Part shown: positions 27,477 through 38,748 of the stretch, piece after piece
How positions within the stretch are numbered: position 1 is the first letter of the stretch
Layout of the letters: the number at the start of each line of letters is the position of its first letter
NCBI GenBank assembly: GCA_903859205.1
Contig: CAIOLM010000018.1
Location: 10,895-74,894, forward strand
DNA length: 64,000 bases
Direction: 5' to 3'
Source: an uncultured Microbacteriaceae bacterium
Lineage (GTDB): Bacteria; Actinomycetota; Actinomycetes; Actinomycetales; Microbacteriaceae
The notes under the pieces: model-generated
What the model was told of the DNA's origin: nothing
What the model saw: the letters and a program-made list of their open reading frames with translations, nothing else
Databases searched by the model: none
Translations under genes and position numbers: made by a program

Positions 27477-28723
27477 TCGATAGGTGACAGAGCTTCGACC
27501 ACGGGGCGGAATTTCATTGTGGTCTCGCGTAACTCTGCTTCGGCATCTGAATTGGCGACGACACCGCAGCCTGCGTAGGCCGTGACGGTCGGCCCCTCGA
27601 CCTGAACGCAGCGCAAGGCGATTGCCCACTCGCCATCACCGGATGCCCCGACCCAGCCGACGGCGCCGGCATAACGTCCCCGGTCAAAGGGCTCAAGTTC
27701 TTCAATCAGTTCGAGAGCCGCGTTGCGCGGGGTACCGGCAACAGCCGCAGTGGGGTGCAGGGCAGCAACCAGATCGAGCGAGGTGGCTCCATCGGCAACC
27801 GCGCCCGTCACGTCGGTGGCCAAGTGCCACAGGTTGGCAAGCCGAAGAGTGAACGGGGAGTCGCCGGTCGAGAGATGCGAGGTGAATGGCTCGAGTGAAT
27901 CGACGACAGAGCGAACGGCGAACGCGTGTTCGTCGAGATCCTTAGAGCTCGTAGCCAGCTCGGCGGCCGCTTCCAGGTCGGTGTGCGCATCGGTGCCGCG
28001 GGCGGCGGTGCCGGCCAGAACGCGCGCATCCATGGTTTTGTCGTGCACGCGCACAAGCGTCTCGGGGCTCGAACCAATGAGCCCGTCGATGCTGAAGGTC
28101 CAGCAGTCGGGGTAGCTCTGGGCCAAGTCGATGATCATGGGACGAATATCGGCACCGGCGGCAAGCGTGCCGCGCAGGTCGCGCGCGAGCACGACCTTGC
28201 TCATGTCGCCGCGCTGAATGCGACCGACCGCTTCACGCACGCTCGCCCGATAGCCCGCTTCGCTTTGCTCGCCCGAGGAAAAACTCACTTTGGGGCGGTG
28301 CCCCAGCGGCGCGATGTCGGGGATGCGCGCTTGAGCGGGCGCGTGCCCCTCAACGGTGGTCGTGGTCACAAAAGCAACTCCGTCGCGGCGGCCGATGATG
28401 ACCTCCGGAATGACGAGAACGCTCGAGGCAGCCGAGGAGTCGGCGAAAGCGAAGGATCCAAAGGCGGTCAGGCCTGATCCCGGCAGGTTCACCGTGTCTG
28501 ACACCGTGGCGTTAGCGACGATTTCGTGCCAGGCGAAAGCGGCGTCAGCCACTCGGTTTGCCCCCCGGAATTCCAGTCGGGCGGTGAGTCCGTAGCCCAC
28601 GAGGCCCGCGCCACGGCGGCGCCAGAGCAACGGATGCGCGGCATCGAGAATCTCGGTGAACGCCGGTGCGGCCGACAGCGGAGTTGTCTCCACGGTCAGT
28701 CGCGGATTGGTCGAAGCGCTCAC
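27473..28723 (-). CDS. menF: Isochorismate synthase
   Basis: 416 aa. Chorismate-binding C-terminal pattern LHPTAAVAGTP...RGRYAGAVGW...AIALRC...GCGVV. Confidence 0.9.
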   Translation of the reverse strand: MSASTNPRLTVETTPLSAAPAFTEILDAAHPLLWRRRGAGLVGYGLTARLEFRGANRVADAAFAWHEIVANATVSDTVNLPGSGLTAFGSFAFADSSAASSVLVIPEVIIGRRDGVAFVTTTTVEGHAPAQARIPDIAPLGHRPKVSFSSGEQSEAGYRASVREAVGRIQRGDMSKVVLARDLRGTLAAGADIRPMIIDLAQSYPDCWTFSIDGLIGSSPETLVRVHDKTMDARVLAGTAARGTDAHTDLEAAAELATSSKDLDEHAFAVRSVVDSLEPFTSHLSTGDSPFTLRLANLWHLATDVTGAVADGATSLDLVAALHPTAAVAGTPRNAALELIEELEPFDRGRYAGAVGWVGASGDGEWAIALRCVQVEGPTVTAYAGCGVVANSDAEAELRETTMKFRPVVEALSPID

Positions 28724-28798
28724 CGGGCAAGCCTACGCTTTCGCTGAGGGCAAACATCCAGCTGAGCACCTTGTGTAGACCGGTAGCCTAGACACACC

Positions 28799-30904
28799 AT
28801 GAATTTCAAGAAACTTTTCCGCGGTCCTTTCCTCTATGTGATCCTGGCGATTGCCGCTGTCTGGATCGGCTCTTCGCTGATCTCGATGAACGGCTACAAG
28901 CCCATCACGACTGACCAGGGCCTCACCATGCTCGCTGAGGGCAAGGTCAAAGAGGCCACCATCATTGGTGGCGATCAGCGCGTTGATATGACCCTGATTT
29001 CGGCCGACGCAAAGTACGGAACCCAAGTGCAGTTCTTCTGGGTCACCCCGCGCGGACAACAGGTCATCACCGCTGTTGATAATGCCAAGCTCTCCGGCGG
29101 ATACAACGACGATGTGCCCCACGACAACTGGTTCCTGTCGACCCTGGGCTTCATCTTGCCGATCATTCTTATCGGTGGTTTCTTCTGGTTCATGCTCAGC
29201 TCGATGGGCGGCGGTGGCGGACGCGTCATGCAGTTCGGCAAGTCGCGTCACAAGCTCGTCACCAAAGAGACCCCGACCGTCACGTTCGCTGACGTCGCCG
29301 GCGCCGACGAGGCCATCGAAGAGCTCGGTGAGATCAAAGACTTCTTGAAAGACCCCGCACGATTTCAGGCGGTGGGAGCCCGCATCCCCAAGGGTGTTCT
29401 GCTTTACGGCCCTCCCGGAACCGGTAAGACCCTGCTCGCACGCGCTGTGGCCGGCGAGGCAGGCGTTCCGTTCTTTGCCATCTCGGGTTCTGACTTCGTC
29501 GAGATGTTCGTCGGTGTTGGTGCCAGCCGTGTTCGCGACCTGTTCGAGCAAGCCAAGCAGGCCGCTCCCTCAATCATCTTCGTCGACGAGATTGACGCCG
29601 TCGGTCGCCACCGTGGCGCCGGAATGGGTGGCGGTCACGACGAGCGCGAGCAGACTCTTAACCAGATGCTGGTTGAGATGGATGGCTTCGACCCGAAGGT
29701 CAACGTCATCATGATTGCTGCGACCAACCGTCCTGACATTCTTGACCCCGCACTGTTGCGCCCGGGTCGTTTCGACCGCCAGATTGGTGTGGATGCGCCC
29801 GACCTCGAAGGCCGTCGCAAGATCCTTGAGGTACACGCAGCGAACAAGCCGATGTCGACCAGCGTCGACCTCGAGGTTGTCGCCCGCAAGACACCGGGAT
29901 TCACCGGTGCCGACCTGGCCAACGTTCTCAATGAGGCAGCCTTGCTGACGGCTCGCTCGAATGCCAACCTCATCGACAACCGCGCACTTGACGAGGCAAT
30001 CGACCGCGTGATCGCTGGTCCGCAGCGTCGCAGCCGCGTCATGAAAGACAAAGAGAAGCTCATCACCGCGTACCACGAGGGTGGTCACGCACTGGCTGCT
30101 GCCGCGATGAACTACTCCGACCCCGTGACCAAGGTCACCATCTTGCCGCGTGGTCGTGCCCTCGGATACACGATGGTGCTTCCGCTCGAAGACAAGTACT
30201 CGATCACTCGTAACGAGCTGCTCGACCAGTTGACCTACGCCATGGGTGGTCGCGTCGCTGAAGAAATTGTTTTCCACGACCCGACCACGGGTGCATCAAA
30301 CGACATCGAGAAGGCCACAAGCATCGCTCGCAAGATGGTCACCGATTACGGCATGAGCGCCACGGTTGGGGCGGTCAAGTTGGGTGGGTCATCCGGCGAA
30401 GTATTCATGGGTCGTGACATGGGTCACGGGCGCGACTACTCCGAAGAGCTGGCCGAGAAGGTAGACGCTGAGGTGCGCGCGCTCATCGAGCAGGCGCACA
30501 CCGAGGCCTGGACGGTGCTCAACAGCAACCGCAAGGTTCTCGACAAACTGGCCGCCGAGCTGCTCGAAAAAGAGACGCTCGATCACAACCAGCTGGCCAC
30601 CATCTTCAAGCCAGTCAAGAAGCTCGCGGAGCGCAAGGAATGGCTCTCGAGCGTCAAGCGCCCCTCGTCGAAACTGCCCCCGGTGACCGTGCCCAAGCGC
30701 AAGGCCTCGGCTGCTGCTCAGCACGGTGAAGTGAGTGCAACGCCCGCTAAGAAGCGTGTTACTCGCACTGCGAAGCCGACGGTTAAGCCGGCCGCCAAGG
30801 CACCGGTTAAGCCGGCCGCCAAGGCACCGGTTAAGCCGGCCGCCAAGGCACCGGCTAAGCCTGCCGCCAAGACTACGACTCGCGCGATCAAGTCGACCAA
30901 GTAG
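28799..30904 (+). CDS. ftsH: ATP-dependent zinc metalloprotease FtsH with a KPAAKAP-repeat C-terminal tail
   Basis: [23 protein letters not shown] Walker A, the SRH region, and the HEGGHAL zinc site. Confidence 0.97.
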   Translation: MNFKKLFRGPFLYVILAIAAVWIGSSLISMNGYKPITTDQGLTMLAEGKVKEATIIGGDQRVDMTLISADAKYGTQVQFFWVTPRGQQVITAVDNAKLSGGYNDDVPHDNWFLSTLGFILPIILIGGFFWFMLSSMGGGGGRVMQFGKSRHKLVTKETPTVTFADVAGADEAIEELGEIKDFLKDPARFQAVGARIPKGVLLYGPPGTGKTLLARAVAGEAGVPFFAISGSDFVEMFVGVGASRVRDLFEQAKQAAPSIIFVDEIDAVGRHRGAGMGGGHDEREQTLNQMLVEMDGFDPKVNVIMIAATNRPDILDPALLRPGRFDRQIGVDAPDLEGRRKILEVHAANKPMSTSVDLEVVARKTPGFTGADLANVLNEAALLTARSNANLIDNRALDEAIDRVIAGPQRRSRVMKDKEKLITAYHEGGHALAAAAMNYSDPVTKVTILPRGRALGYTMVLPLEDKYSITRNELLDQLTYAMGGRVAEEIVFHDPTTGASNDIEKATSIARKMVTDYGMSATVGAVKLGGSSGEVFMGRDMGHGRDYSEELAEKVDAEVRALIEQAHTEAWTVLNSNRKVLDKLAAELLEKETLDHNQLATIFKPVKKLAERKEWLSSVKRPSSKLPPVTVPKRKASAAAQHGEVSATPAKKRVTRTAKPTVKPAAKAPVKPAAKAPVKPAAKAPAKPAAKTTTRAIKSTK
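30781..30871 (+). repeat. In-frame 24-bp tandem repeat (3 perfect copies + 1 diverged) inside the ftsH 3' end
   Basis: ggttaagccggccgccaaggcacc occurs at 30781, 30805 and 30829, then ggctaagcctgccgccaag. It encodes (V)KPAAKAP x4. Confidence 0.95.
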
Positions 30905-30912
30905 GAAAGCTC

Positions 30913-31482
30913 ATGGGCGTCGATCACGATCGTGCCGCTGCGGCCGTGGTGGAACTCCTCGCGGCCCTCGGTGAAGATCCTTCGCGTCCGGGGCTTGCCG
31001 AGACACCTCGCTTGGTAGTCGAGGCTTTCGGTGAGTTTGTTGCAGGCATCGACACGGATGCCCGCGCCTTCATCACCGCGCTCGAGGCTGCTCCCTCCAA
31101 CGCCGAGCCCGTCCTCGTAACCGACATCGCCGTTCGCTCCCTCTGTGAACACCACCTCTTGCCCTTCATCGGACGCGCACACGTGGCCTATGTTCCCGGG
31201 GAGTTCGTCACCGGCTTGGGAAGCCTGACTCGGGTTGTGCAGACCGTCGCCGCAAAGCCACAGATCCAGGAGCGTCTCGGTGAAGAGATCGCTCAGACGC
31301 TCGTCGAGGGTCTGAGCGCAAATGGAGTACTCGTCGTTCTCGACATGGCGCACCAGTGTGTCCGCGCCCGAGGAACTCAGCAGACCGACAGTCGAACCGT
31401 CACCGTCGCTTCACGCGGGTCGCTCACTGAGCCGGCCGCACGCGCTGAACTCATCGCGCTCATCGGAGACCCTCGTGGCTAA
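30913..31482 (+). CDS. folE: GTP cyclohydrolase I
   Basis: SLCEHHLLPF motif; 189 aa. Confidence 0.95.
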   Translation: MGVDHDRAAAAVVELLAALGEDPSRPGLAETPRLVVEAFGEFVAGIDTDARAFITALEAAPSNAEPVLVTDIAVRSLCEHHLLPFIGRAHVAYVPGEFVTGLGSLTRVVQTVAAKPQIQERLGEEIAQTLVEGLSANGVLVVLDMAHQCVRARGTQQTDSRTVTVASRGSLTEPAARAELIALIGDPRG

Positions 31483-32605
31483 CCGCACGCTCATCATGGG
31501 CGTGCTGAATGTCACGCCCGACTCGTTCAGCGATGGCGGTCGCTTTCTCGATACCGCATCGGCAATCGAGCACGGCATGCGCATGGCCGCCGAGGGCGCT
31601 GACATTATCGACATCGGCGGTGAATCCACCCGTCCAGGCGCGCAGCGAGTCACTCCCGAAGAAGAGCAGCTGCGCGTTGTGCCAGTCATCGCTTCCCTCG
31701 CTCGAAATGGCATTGCCGTAAGCATCGACACCATGAACGCGGCAACCGCAATTATTGCCGTCGAGAACGGCGCTAAGTACGTCAACGACGTCTCGGGAGG
31801 TCTGGCCGACTTCTTCATGGCTCGCGCGGTAGCGGCCACAGGGGCAACCTTCATCGCCAGCCACTGGCGAGGGCAGTCGGCAACCATGGACAAGCAGGCA
31901 ATCTATAAGGATGCTCCCTCAGACATCGCCCGGGAGCTCAGCCAGCGCGTGGCTGACCTGCTCGCCGATGGTATTTCGCCCGACAAGCTGATTCTGGATC
32001 CCGGGCTTGGCTTCGCCAAGACCGAGGCGCACAACTGGCAAATGCTCGGGCGCCTCGACGAACTTATGGCGTTGGGCTACCCGTTGCTCGTGGGAGCTTC
32101 GCGCAAGCGTTTCCTGTCATCGCTGCTTCCTGATGACGCGTCGATGGATGAGCGTGACAACGCATCCGTGGCCGTCAGCGTGCTCGCCGCCAATGCCGGC
32201 GCCTGGGCGGTGCGGGTTCACGATGTAGCCCGCACGCACAGCGCCCTTCGCGTGCTGGACTCGTGGAATCGCGGAGCGGAGCGCCCCGACTCGCTTGTCG
32301 AGGAGCGGTTCCTGAGCGCACATCAAGAGTCACGTGCCCGCACCGAAGCGCTAGCCGAGGAGATTCACGACCTCTCCTACGACTTCGACGCGGAGCTGGC
32401 TATCGCCCGCGAGCTAGCCGTTGAAGAGGTGACCCGCACGACCGTTGCCGGCCGAGTGCGTGACGAGATTGTTCGCCAAGCCGCCATTGCTGCCGAGGCC
32501 GCACTCGCTGCCGAGCAGCAGGCGGCAGCTGAGCGCGAAGCTGCCGAGTTGGCCACCGCGTCGGCCCAGTCACCCTCAGACAGCAGCGGAGAGTCCAATG
32601 ACTGA
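31475..32605 (+). CDS. folP: Dihydropteroate synthase with a ~110-aa Ala/Glu-rich C-terminal extension
   Basis: Track ORF 31322 trimmed to GTG 31475, which overlaps the folE stop. GVLNVTPDSFSDGG, DIGGESTRPG, GASRKRF. Confidence 0.9.
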   Translation: MANRTLIMGVLNVTPDSFSDGGRFLDTASAIEHGMRMAAEGADIIDIGGESTRPGAQRVTPEEEQLRVVPVIASLARNGIAVSIDTMNAATAIIAVENGAKYVNDVSGGLADFFMARAVAATGATFIASHWRGQSATMDKQAIYKDAPSDIARELSQRVADLLADGISPDKLILDPGLGFAKTEAHNWQMLGRLDELMALGYPLLVGASRKRFLSSLLPDDASMDERDNASVAVSVLAANAGAWAVRVHDVARTHSALRVLDSWNRGAERPDSLVEERFLSAHQESRARTEALAEEIHDLSYDFDAELAIARELAVEEVTRTTVAGRVRDEIVRQAAIAAEAALAAEQQAAAEREAAELATASAQSPSDSSGESND

Positions 32606-32960
32606 TCGCATCACGCTTACCGGATTGAGCGCTACCGGATTCCACGGAGTTTTCGACCACGAGCGTAGTGAGGGCCAGGTCTTCGTTGTCGACGTCATTC
32701 TCGACGTTGATGTTCGAGCTGCCGCTGCGAGCGGCAACGTGGCCGACACTGTCGATTATTCGCTCGTGGCACGTCGGGTGGTCGAGCACATCACCGGAGC
32801 ACCGGTCAATCTCATTGAGACCCTGGCCTCCTCCATCGCCCACGATCTTTTGGGTACCTACCTTGTGACCGCTGTCGAGGTCACGGTGCACAAACCCCAG
32901 GCCCCCCTCGAGCTCGAGTTCACTGATGTCTCGGTTACTGTTCGGCGGGAACGCTCGTGA
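32598..32960 (+). CDS. folB: Dihydroneopterin aldolase
   Basis: Trimmed to ATG 32598 (MTDRITLTGLSATGFHGVFDHERSEGQ), which overlaps the folP stop. Confidence 0.9.
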   Translation: MTDRITLTGLSATGFHGVFDHERSEGQVFVVDVILDVDVRAAAASGNVADTVDYSLVARRVVEHITGAPVNLIETLASSIAHDLLGTYLVTAVEVTVHKPQAPLELEFTDVSVTVRRERS

Positions 32961-33460
32961 GTGCCCTCTGGCGTCACGCGGTCATCGCCATCGGCAGCAA
33001 CCTCGGCGACCGGGCCGCAACCATCGCCTCAGCTCGTGTTGCGCTGCAAGCCGACCCGCACATCCGAATTGAGAAGCACTCGTCGTTGTACCGCTCGGTA
33101 GCGGTCAAACCAGACGGCGCCGACCCCCAGGCCCCCGAGTATCTGAACGCGGTCACAACGATCGCCACCGACTACGAACCTCTCGAACTTCTCGCGGCAC
33201 TGATGCAGATCGAGCGTGACCACGGGCGCGTGCGCGAGGAGCGTTGGGGCGACCGCACTCTTGATCTCGACATCGTCGACATCACGGGCGTCACCCTCGA
33301 CACAGAAGAGCTGCGCATCCCTCACCCTCGAGCACTCGAGCGTGACTTCGTCTGTGCCCCGTGGGCCGAGATCGAACCGGATGCGCAGCTTGCCGGTCGC
33401 TCGGTTGCCGGCATTATCAGCACCTCCGCCGACATAACCGTTTTCGAGGGGGCACGATGA
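32957..33460 (+). CDS. folK: 2-amino-4-hydroxy-6-hydroxymethyldihydropteridine diphosphokinase
   Basis: AIGSNLGDR...GDRTLDLDI...PHPR. Confidence 0.9.
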   Translation: MSALWRHAVIAIGSNLGDRAATIASARVALQADPHIRIEKHSSLYRSVAVKPDGADPQAPEYLNAVTTIATDYEPLELLAALMQIERDHGRVREERWGDRTLDLDIVDITGVTLDTEELRIPHPRALERDFVCAPWAEIEPDAQLAGRSVAGIISTSADITVFEGAR

Positions 33461-33936
33461 AACGCACGCGCGTAGGCGTCATTTTGGGATTCGGGGTTGC
33501 GGGGGCGGCTCTCACCTACTTGGTCGAGTTGTTGCTTCAGGTGACGGGCCGGGCATCCGTGCTGCCGCCATATTCGCTCTCAATCACGCTGATCGCCGTC
33601 GCCGTTCTCGTTGTGCTGCTGGCAATTCCGGTTCGCCGCCGGGTCACCGGCAAACGTAAAGAACCGCTGAGCCCGTTCTACTCACTTCGCGTGGCCGTGC
33701 TGGCAAAGTCTTCCTCGCACGTGGGCGCACTTCTGCTCGGTCTGGGCATCGGGCTGACCGTCTTTCTGATCGCTCGCCCCATTGCTCCTGGTTGGGACCT
33801 CCTCGGTCGCGCCATCGCAGATCTCATCTCGGCGGCTATTCTCGTGGCAGCCGGACTTATTGCTGAGCGCATGTGCACTCTGCCACCGGATGACCCAGAA
33901 CAGGAGTCGGTCGGTGACCCAGCCTCACGAGCGTGA
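33457..33936 (+). CDS. DUF3180-like four-TM membrane protein (conserved fol-cluster neighbour)
   Basis: Trimmed to ATG 33457 (ATGA overlap with folK). MKRTRVGVILGFGVAGAALTYLV...; the position after folK matches other actinobacteria. Confidence 0.7.
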   Translation: MKRTRVGVILGFGVAGAALTYLVELLLQVTGRASVLPPYSLSITLIAVAVLVVLLAIPVRRRVTGKRKEPLSPFYSLRVAVLAKSSSHVGALLLGLGIGLTVFLIARPIAPGWDLLGRAIADLISAAILVAAGLIAERMCTLPPDDPEQESVGDPASRA

Positions 33937-34651
33937 CGGTCGACTCTCGGTCGGAATCATCGGGGCCGGCCACGTCGGCCCGGTTCTTGGCGTTGCGCTC
34001 GCCGGTGCGGGGCACCGCGTCGTCTCGATTTCTGCAATCTCAGATTCGAGTCGAGAGCGTGCCCACGCTTTGCTTCCCGGTGTTCCGGTGCTCGATGTCG
34101 CCCGAGTAGTCGAGTCGGCAGAGCTGATCATTCTTGCCGTTCCCGACGCGGCCCTCGAGTCGCTGGTTGCCGGTCTGGCCGCAACAAACACCTGGCAGCC
34201 CGGTCAGATTGTCGTACACACCTCGCCAGCTTTTGGCATCTCCGTTCTGGCGCCCGCCATGGCGATGGGCGTCATTCCGATTGCCCTCCATCCGGCGATG
34301 TCGTTCACTGGCACGAGCGTGGATGTGCATCGCCTCACCGACTCGTACGTTGCCGTGACCGCCCCGACGCCCGTGTTACCCATTGGGCAGGCGCTCGCTG
34401 TTGAACTCGGCGCCGAGCCGCTGGTCGTTCCCGAAGAGAAGCGTGCAGCCTACGCCGAAGCGATTGCTACGGCCTCGGAGTTCTCGGCGGCCATCGTTGC
34501 TCAGGCCACGGGCATCCTGACCGACATCGGTGTTGACCGCCCGGGCCGCATTCTTGCGCCGCTCATTCGGTCGGCGGTAGACAACGCACTGGCAAAACAG
34601 GGTGATGCTCCTCGCCTGATGTACATCGACGCCGAAGACGACCTCTCATGA
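33914..34651 (+). CDS. Rossmann-like + DUF2520-type protein (putative NAD(P) oxidoreductase upstream of panC)
   Basis: VGIIGAGHVGPVLGVALAGAGHRV. Track ORF 33782 trimmed to GTG 33914, with AGGAG 7 nt upstream (ATG 33890 is an alternative). Confidence 0.7.
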   Translation: MTQPHERDGRLSVGIIGAGHVGPVLGVALAGAGHRVVSISAISDSSRERAHALLPGVPVLDVARVVESAELIILAVPDAALESLVAGLAATNTWQPGQIVVHTSPAFGISVLAPAMAMGVIPIALHPAMSFTGTSVDVHRLTDSYVAVTAPTPVLPIGQALAVELGAEPLVVPEEKRAAYAEAIATASEFSAAIVAQATGILTDIGVDRPGRILAPLIRSAVDNALAKQGDAPRLMYIDAEDDLS

Positions 34652-35445
34652 CAATCGCACTTGTTCCCACCATGGGCGCGCTGCACGAGGGCCACCTCGA
34701 TTTGGTTCGCCGGGCTCAGGAGCTCGCCGACGATGTCGTCGTTTCGATTTTCGTAAACCCCACGCAGTTCGGAGCCAACGAAGACTTCGACAAATACCCG
34801 CGCACCCTCGAGGCCGACCGCGCCATGCTCGAGCCCTTCGGAGCCACGGTGTTTGCGCCGAGCGTCGACGAGGTCTATCCCGAAGGCTTTGACCTGTTCG
34901 CATCCATTCGGTCGTGGGCATCGACCCAGCCCACAACAACCTTCGAAGGCGCCACTCGCCCAGAGCACTTCGAGGGAGTGCTCACGGTGGTCTGTCGTTT
35001 GTTCGAGATGGTCCAACCCGATGTGGTGGTGTTCGGCCAAAAGGATGCCCAGCAGGTGTTCCTCATTGGCAAGCTCATCGAGCAGGCTTTCCCGCAGATT
35101 CGCCTCGAGGTCGTTCCCACAAATCGCGAGCCCGACGGCTTGGCTCGCTCGAGTCGCAATCGCTATCTCAGCGCCGAGGAGCGCACGCATGCTCTCGTGC
35201 TCAGTCGCGCCCTGATCAACATGTCGCTGCGACTCATGTCGGCGACGAGCACGGGTGAAGCCATCGCCGAGGCGCGCGCATCCGTCGAGGCAGAGCCAGA
35301 AGTTAGACTTGATTACCTCGACATTGTTGATCCGCACGACTTCACGCCGGTGAATGAACAGTTCCGAGGACCAGCCACCGCGGTGGTCGCAGCGTGGGTC
35401 GGCTCAACCCGACTTATCGACACCATCAACCTCGTGATCAACTGA
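34648..35445 (+). CDS. panC: Pantoate--beta-alanine ligase
   Basis: PTMGALHEGHL, FVNPTQF, GQKDAQQ, SSRN motifs. Confidence 0.95.
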   Translation: MTIALVPTMGALHEGHLDLVRRAQELADDVVVSIFVNPTQFGANEDFDKYPRTLEADRAMLEPFGATVFAPSVDEVYPEGFDLFASIRSWASTQPTTTFEGATRPEHFEGVLTVVCRLFEMVQPDVVVFGQKDAQQVFLIGKLIEQAFPQIRLEVVPTNREPDGLARSSRNRYLSAEERTHALVLSRALINMSLRLMSATSTGEAIAEARASVEAEPEVRLDYLDIVDPHDFTPVNEQFRGPATAVVAAWVGSTRLIDTINLVIN

Positions 35446-35479
35446 GGTTCCAATCCAAGAAAGCTCGTTTGCGCCTGTC

Positions 35480-36979
<1,500 letters not shown>

Positions 36980-36988
36980 CCTGAACTC

Positions 36989-37180
36989 ATGGACAACTTC
37001 TGGCTGAGCGCGCTGTGGTCGATTACCCCGACCGTTCTGCTCGGCTTGCTGTTCTGGCTCATCATCCGCTCGATCCTTCGGGCCGATCGAACCGAGCGTG
37101 AGGCCTACTCAAAGATTGAAGCCGAGGAGCGCGCAAAGCGTGGCATGCCCCCGGTAGCCGAGAAGCCCGCCAAGAAATGA
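36989..37180 (+). CDS. Small single-TM membrane protein (hypothetical), coupled to cls
   Basis: 63 aa. ITPTVLLGLLFWLIIRSIL plus a charged tail. ATGA overlap with the cls start. Confidence 0.5.
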   Translation: MDNFWLSALWSITPTVLLGLLFWLIIRSILRADRTEREAYSKIEAEERAKRGMPPVAEKPAKK

Positions 37181-38640
37181 CGTCCTCCGAGTTTTCGCTC
37201 ATGGTCGCAATCATTGCGATTGTGGTCGACCTCGTCGTGCGTGCACTGGCGATAATTTTCGTGCCGCGAAACCGCAGACCCGGTTCTGCCATGGCCTGGT
37301 TGCTAGCCATCTTCTTCATCCCCTACGTCGGCGTGCTGTTTTACCTGCTCATCGGCAGCCCCCGCCTGGGTCGAAAGCGTCGCGCAAAGCAAGACCAAAT
37401 CAACGAGTTCATCAAGGAATCGACACACGACGTCGAGTTCTTGGCGAAGACCCCGCGCAAGCCCGAGTGGTTCCCACCGATTGTCGAGCTGAACCGCACC
37501 CTGGGCGCAATGCCTCTCATGGGAGGCAACAGCGCGAGCATGCGTGTCGATTACGAGAAGAACATGATCGACATGGCTGCCGACATCGACAAGGCCAAGC
37601 GCTGCGTGCACGTCGAGTACTACATCTTGTCGCACGACTCGGTAACGCAGCCCATCTTTGACGCGATGGAGCGCGCGGTTGCTCGCGGTGTGACGGTGCG
37701 AGTGCTGTTCGATCACGTTGCTGCACTTCGAACGGTCGGCTACCGAAAAACCAAGAAGAAGCTCACGGCCATGGGGGTCGACTGGCACCTCATGTTGCCG
37801 TTCCTTCCCTTCCAGGGCAAGTACGAGCGACCTGACTTGCGCAATCACCGCAAGCTGCTCATTATCGACGACCACATTGGCTGGATGGGCTCGCAGAACC
37901 TCATCGATTCCAGCTACCTCAAGCGCGGAAACATCAAGCGCGGGCTGCATTGGAAAGACGCCAATGTTCGCCTGCAGGGCCCGATCGTTGCTGCGCTCAA
38001 CGCAATCTTCTTGTCTGACTGGTACTCCGAAACCGACCAACTCCTGCAATCTGAGGCGTTGCCGGTAAAGCTGGCGAAGGCCACGGGGGATCTCGATTGC
38101 CAGCTCGTGCCCAGTGGCCCCGGCTTCATCTCGGAAAACAACTTGCGCATGTTCCTTGCGCTGCTCTACGCGGCCCGCAAGAAGATCATCATCACGAGCC
38201 CGTATTTCGTGCCCGACGATTCGCTGCTCTACGCGATTACCTCGGCGACTCAGCGCGGCGTAGTTGTTGAGCTGTTCGTCTCCGAGATTGGCGACCAGTC
38301 GCTCGTTTATCACGCGCAGCGCTCCTACTACGAGGCCTTGCTCGAAGCCGGGGTGAAAATCTGGCTCTATAAAGCTCCGACCATTTTGCACTCGAAGCAC
38401 CTCAGCATTGACGATGACGTCGCCGTCATTGGTTCGAGCAACATGGATATGCGCTCGTTCTCACTCAACCTCGAAATTTCACTGCTGGTCAGGGGAAAAG
38501 AGTTTGTCGATCAGATGCGGGCCGTCGAAGAGAGTTACCGTGCAGTCAGTCGCGAGCTCACGATGGTGGAGTGGAGCAAGCAGCCGCTTCGATCCACGGT
38601 TCTCGACGGCCTGGCCCGATTGACCTCGGCGCTGCAGTAA
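37177..38640 (+). CDS. cls: Cardiolipin synthase (PLD superfamily, two HKD motifs)
   Basis: HRKLLIIDDHIGWMGSQN and LHSKHLSIDDDVAVIGSSN; N-terminal TM pair. Confidence 0.92.
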   Translation: MTSSEFSLMVAIIAIVVDLVVRALAIIFVPRNRRPGSAMAWLLAIFFIPYVGVLFYLLIGSPRLGRKRRAKQDQINEFIKESTHDVEFLAKTPRKPEWFPPIVELNRTLGAMPLMGGNSASMRVDYEKNMIDMAADIDKAKRCVHVEYYILSHDSVTQPIFDAMERAVARGVTVRVLFDHVAALRTVGYRKTKKKLTAMGVDWHLMLPFLPFQGKYERPDLRNHRKLLIIDDHIGWMGSQNLIDSSYLKRGNIKRGLHWKDANVRLQGPIVAALNAIFLSDWYSETDQLLQSEALPVKLAKATGDLDCQLVPSGPGFISENNLRMFLALLYAARKKIIITSPYFVPDDSLLYAITSATQRGVVVELFVSEIGDQSLVYHAQRSYYEALLEAGVKIWLYKAPTILHSKHLSIDDDVAVIGSSNMDMRSFSLNLEISLLVRGKEFVDQMRAVEESYRAVSRELTMVEWSKQPLRSTVLDGLARLTSALQ

Positions 38641-38663
38641 ATACCCCTCCAGCGCATCCGCCC

Positions 38664-38695
38664 AGCCCTGAGCTAGCCGCTCGGGGCTACTTTTA
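38664..38695 (+). terminator. Rho-independent terminator after cls
   Basis: agccctgagc-tagcc-gctcggggct 10-bp stem (one G-U pair) followed by acTTTTat. Confidence 0.75.
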
Positions 38696-38719
38696 TGCCA
38701 CGCGTCGTAAATATGTACA

Positions 38720-38737
38720 AATTTATGTACATAAATT
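38720..38737. promoter_or_regulatory. Perfect 18-bp palindrome (putative operator) overlapping the promoter of the Phd-MNT gene
   Basis: AATTTATGTACATAAATT is its own reverse complement. An extra ATGTACA half-site lies just upstream (38714-38720). TAGAGT -10-like box at 38737-38742, 6 nt before ATG 38749. The patch is locally very AT-rich. Confidence 0.6.
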
Positions 38738-38748
38738 AGAGTCTGGAT

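Noticed and set aside
28780-28790. Shared 8-mer GCCTAGAC at both block junctions (28.78 kb and 62.23 kb) as a recombination scar
   Set aside because: An 8-mer match is expected by chance in 64 kb. At 62.23 kb it simply contains the TAGACT -10-like box of menG.
30781-30871. CRISPR-like regular repeats
   Set aside because: The units are contiguous with no spacers, in frame inside ftsH, and encode a peptide repeat.
37303-38400. 365-aa - strand ORF
   Set aside because: It is antisense to cardiolipin synthase (two HKD motifs on the + strand), so it is a shadow ORF.
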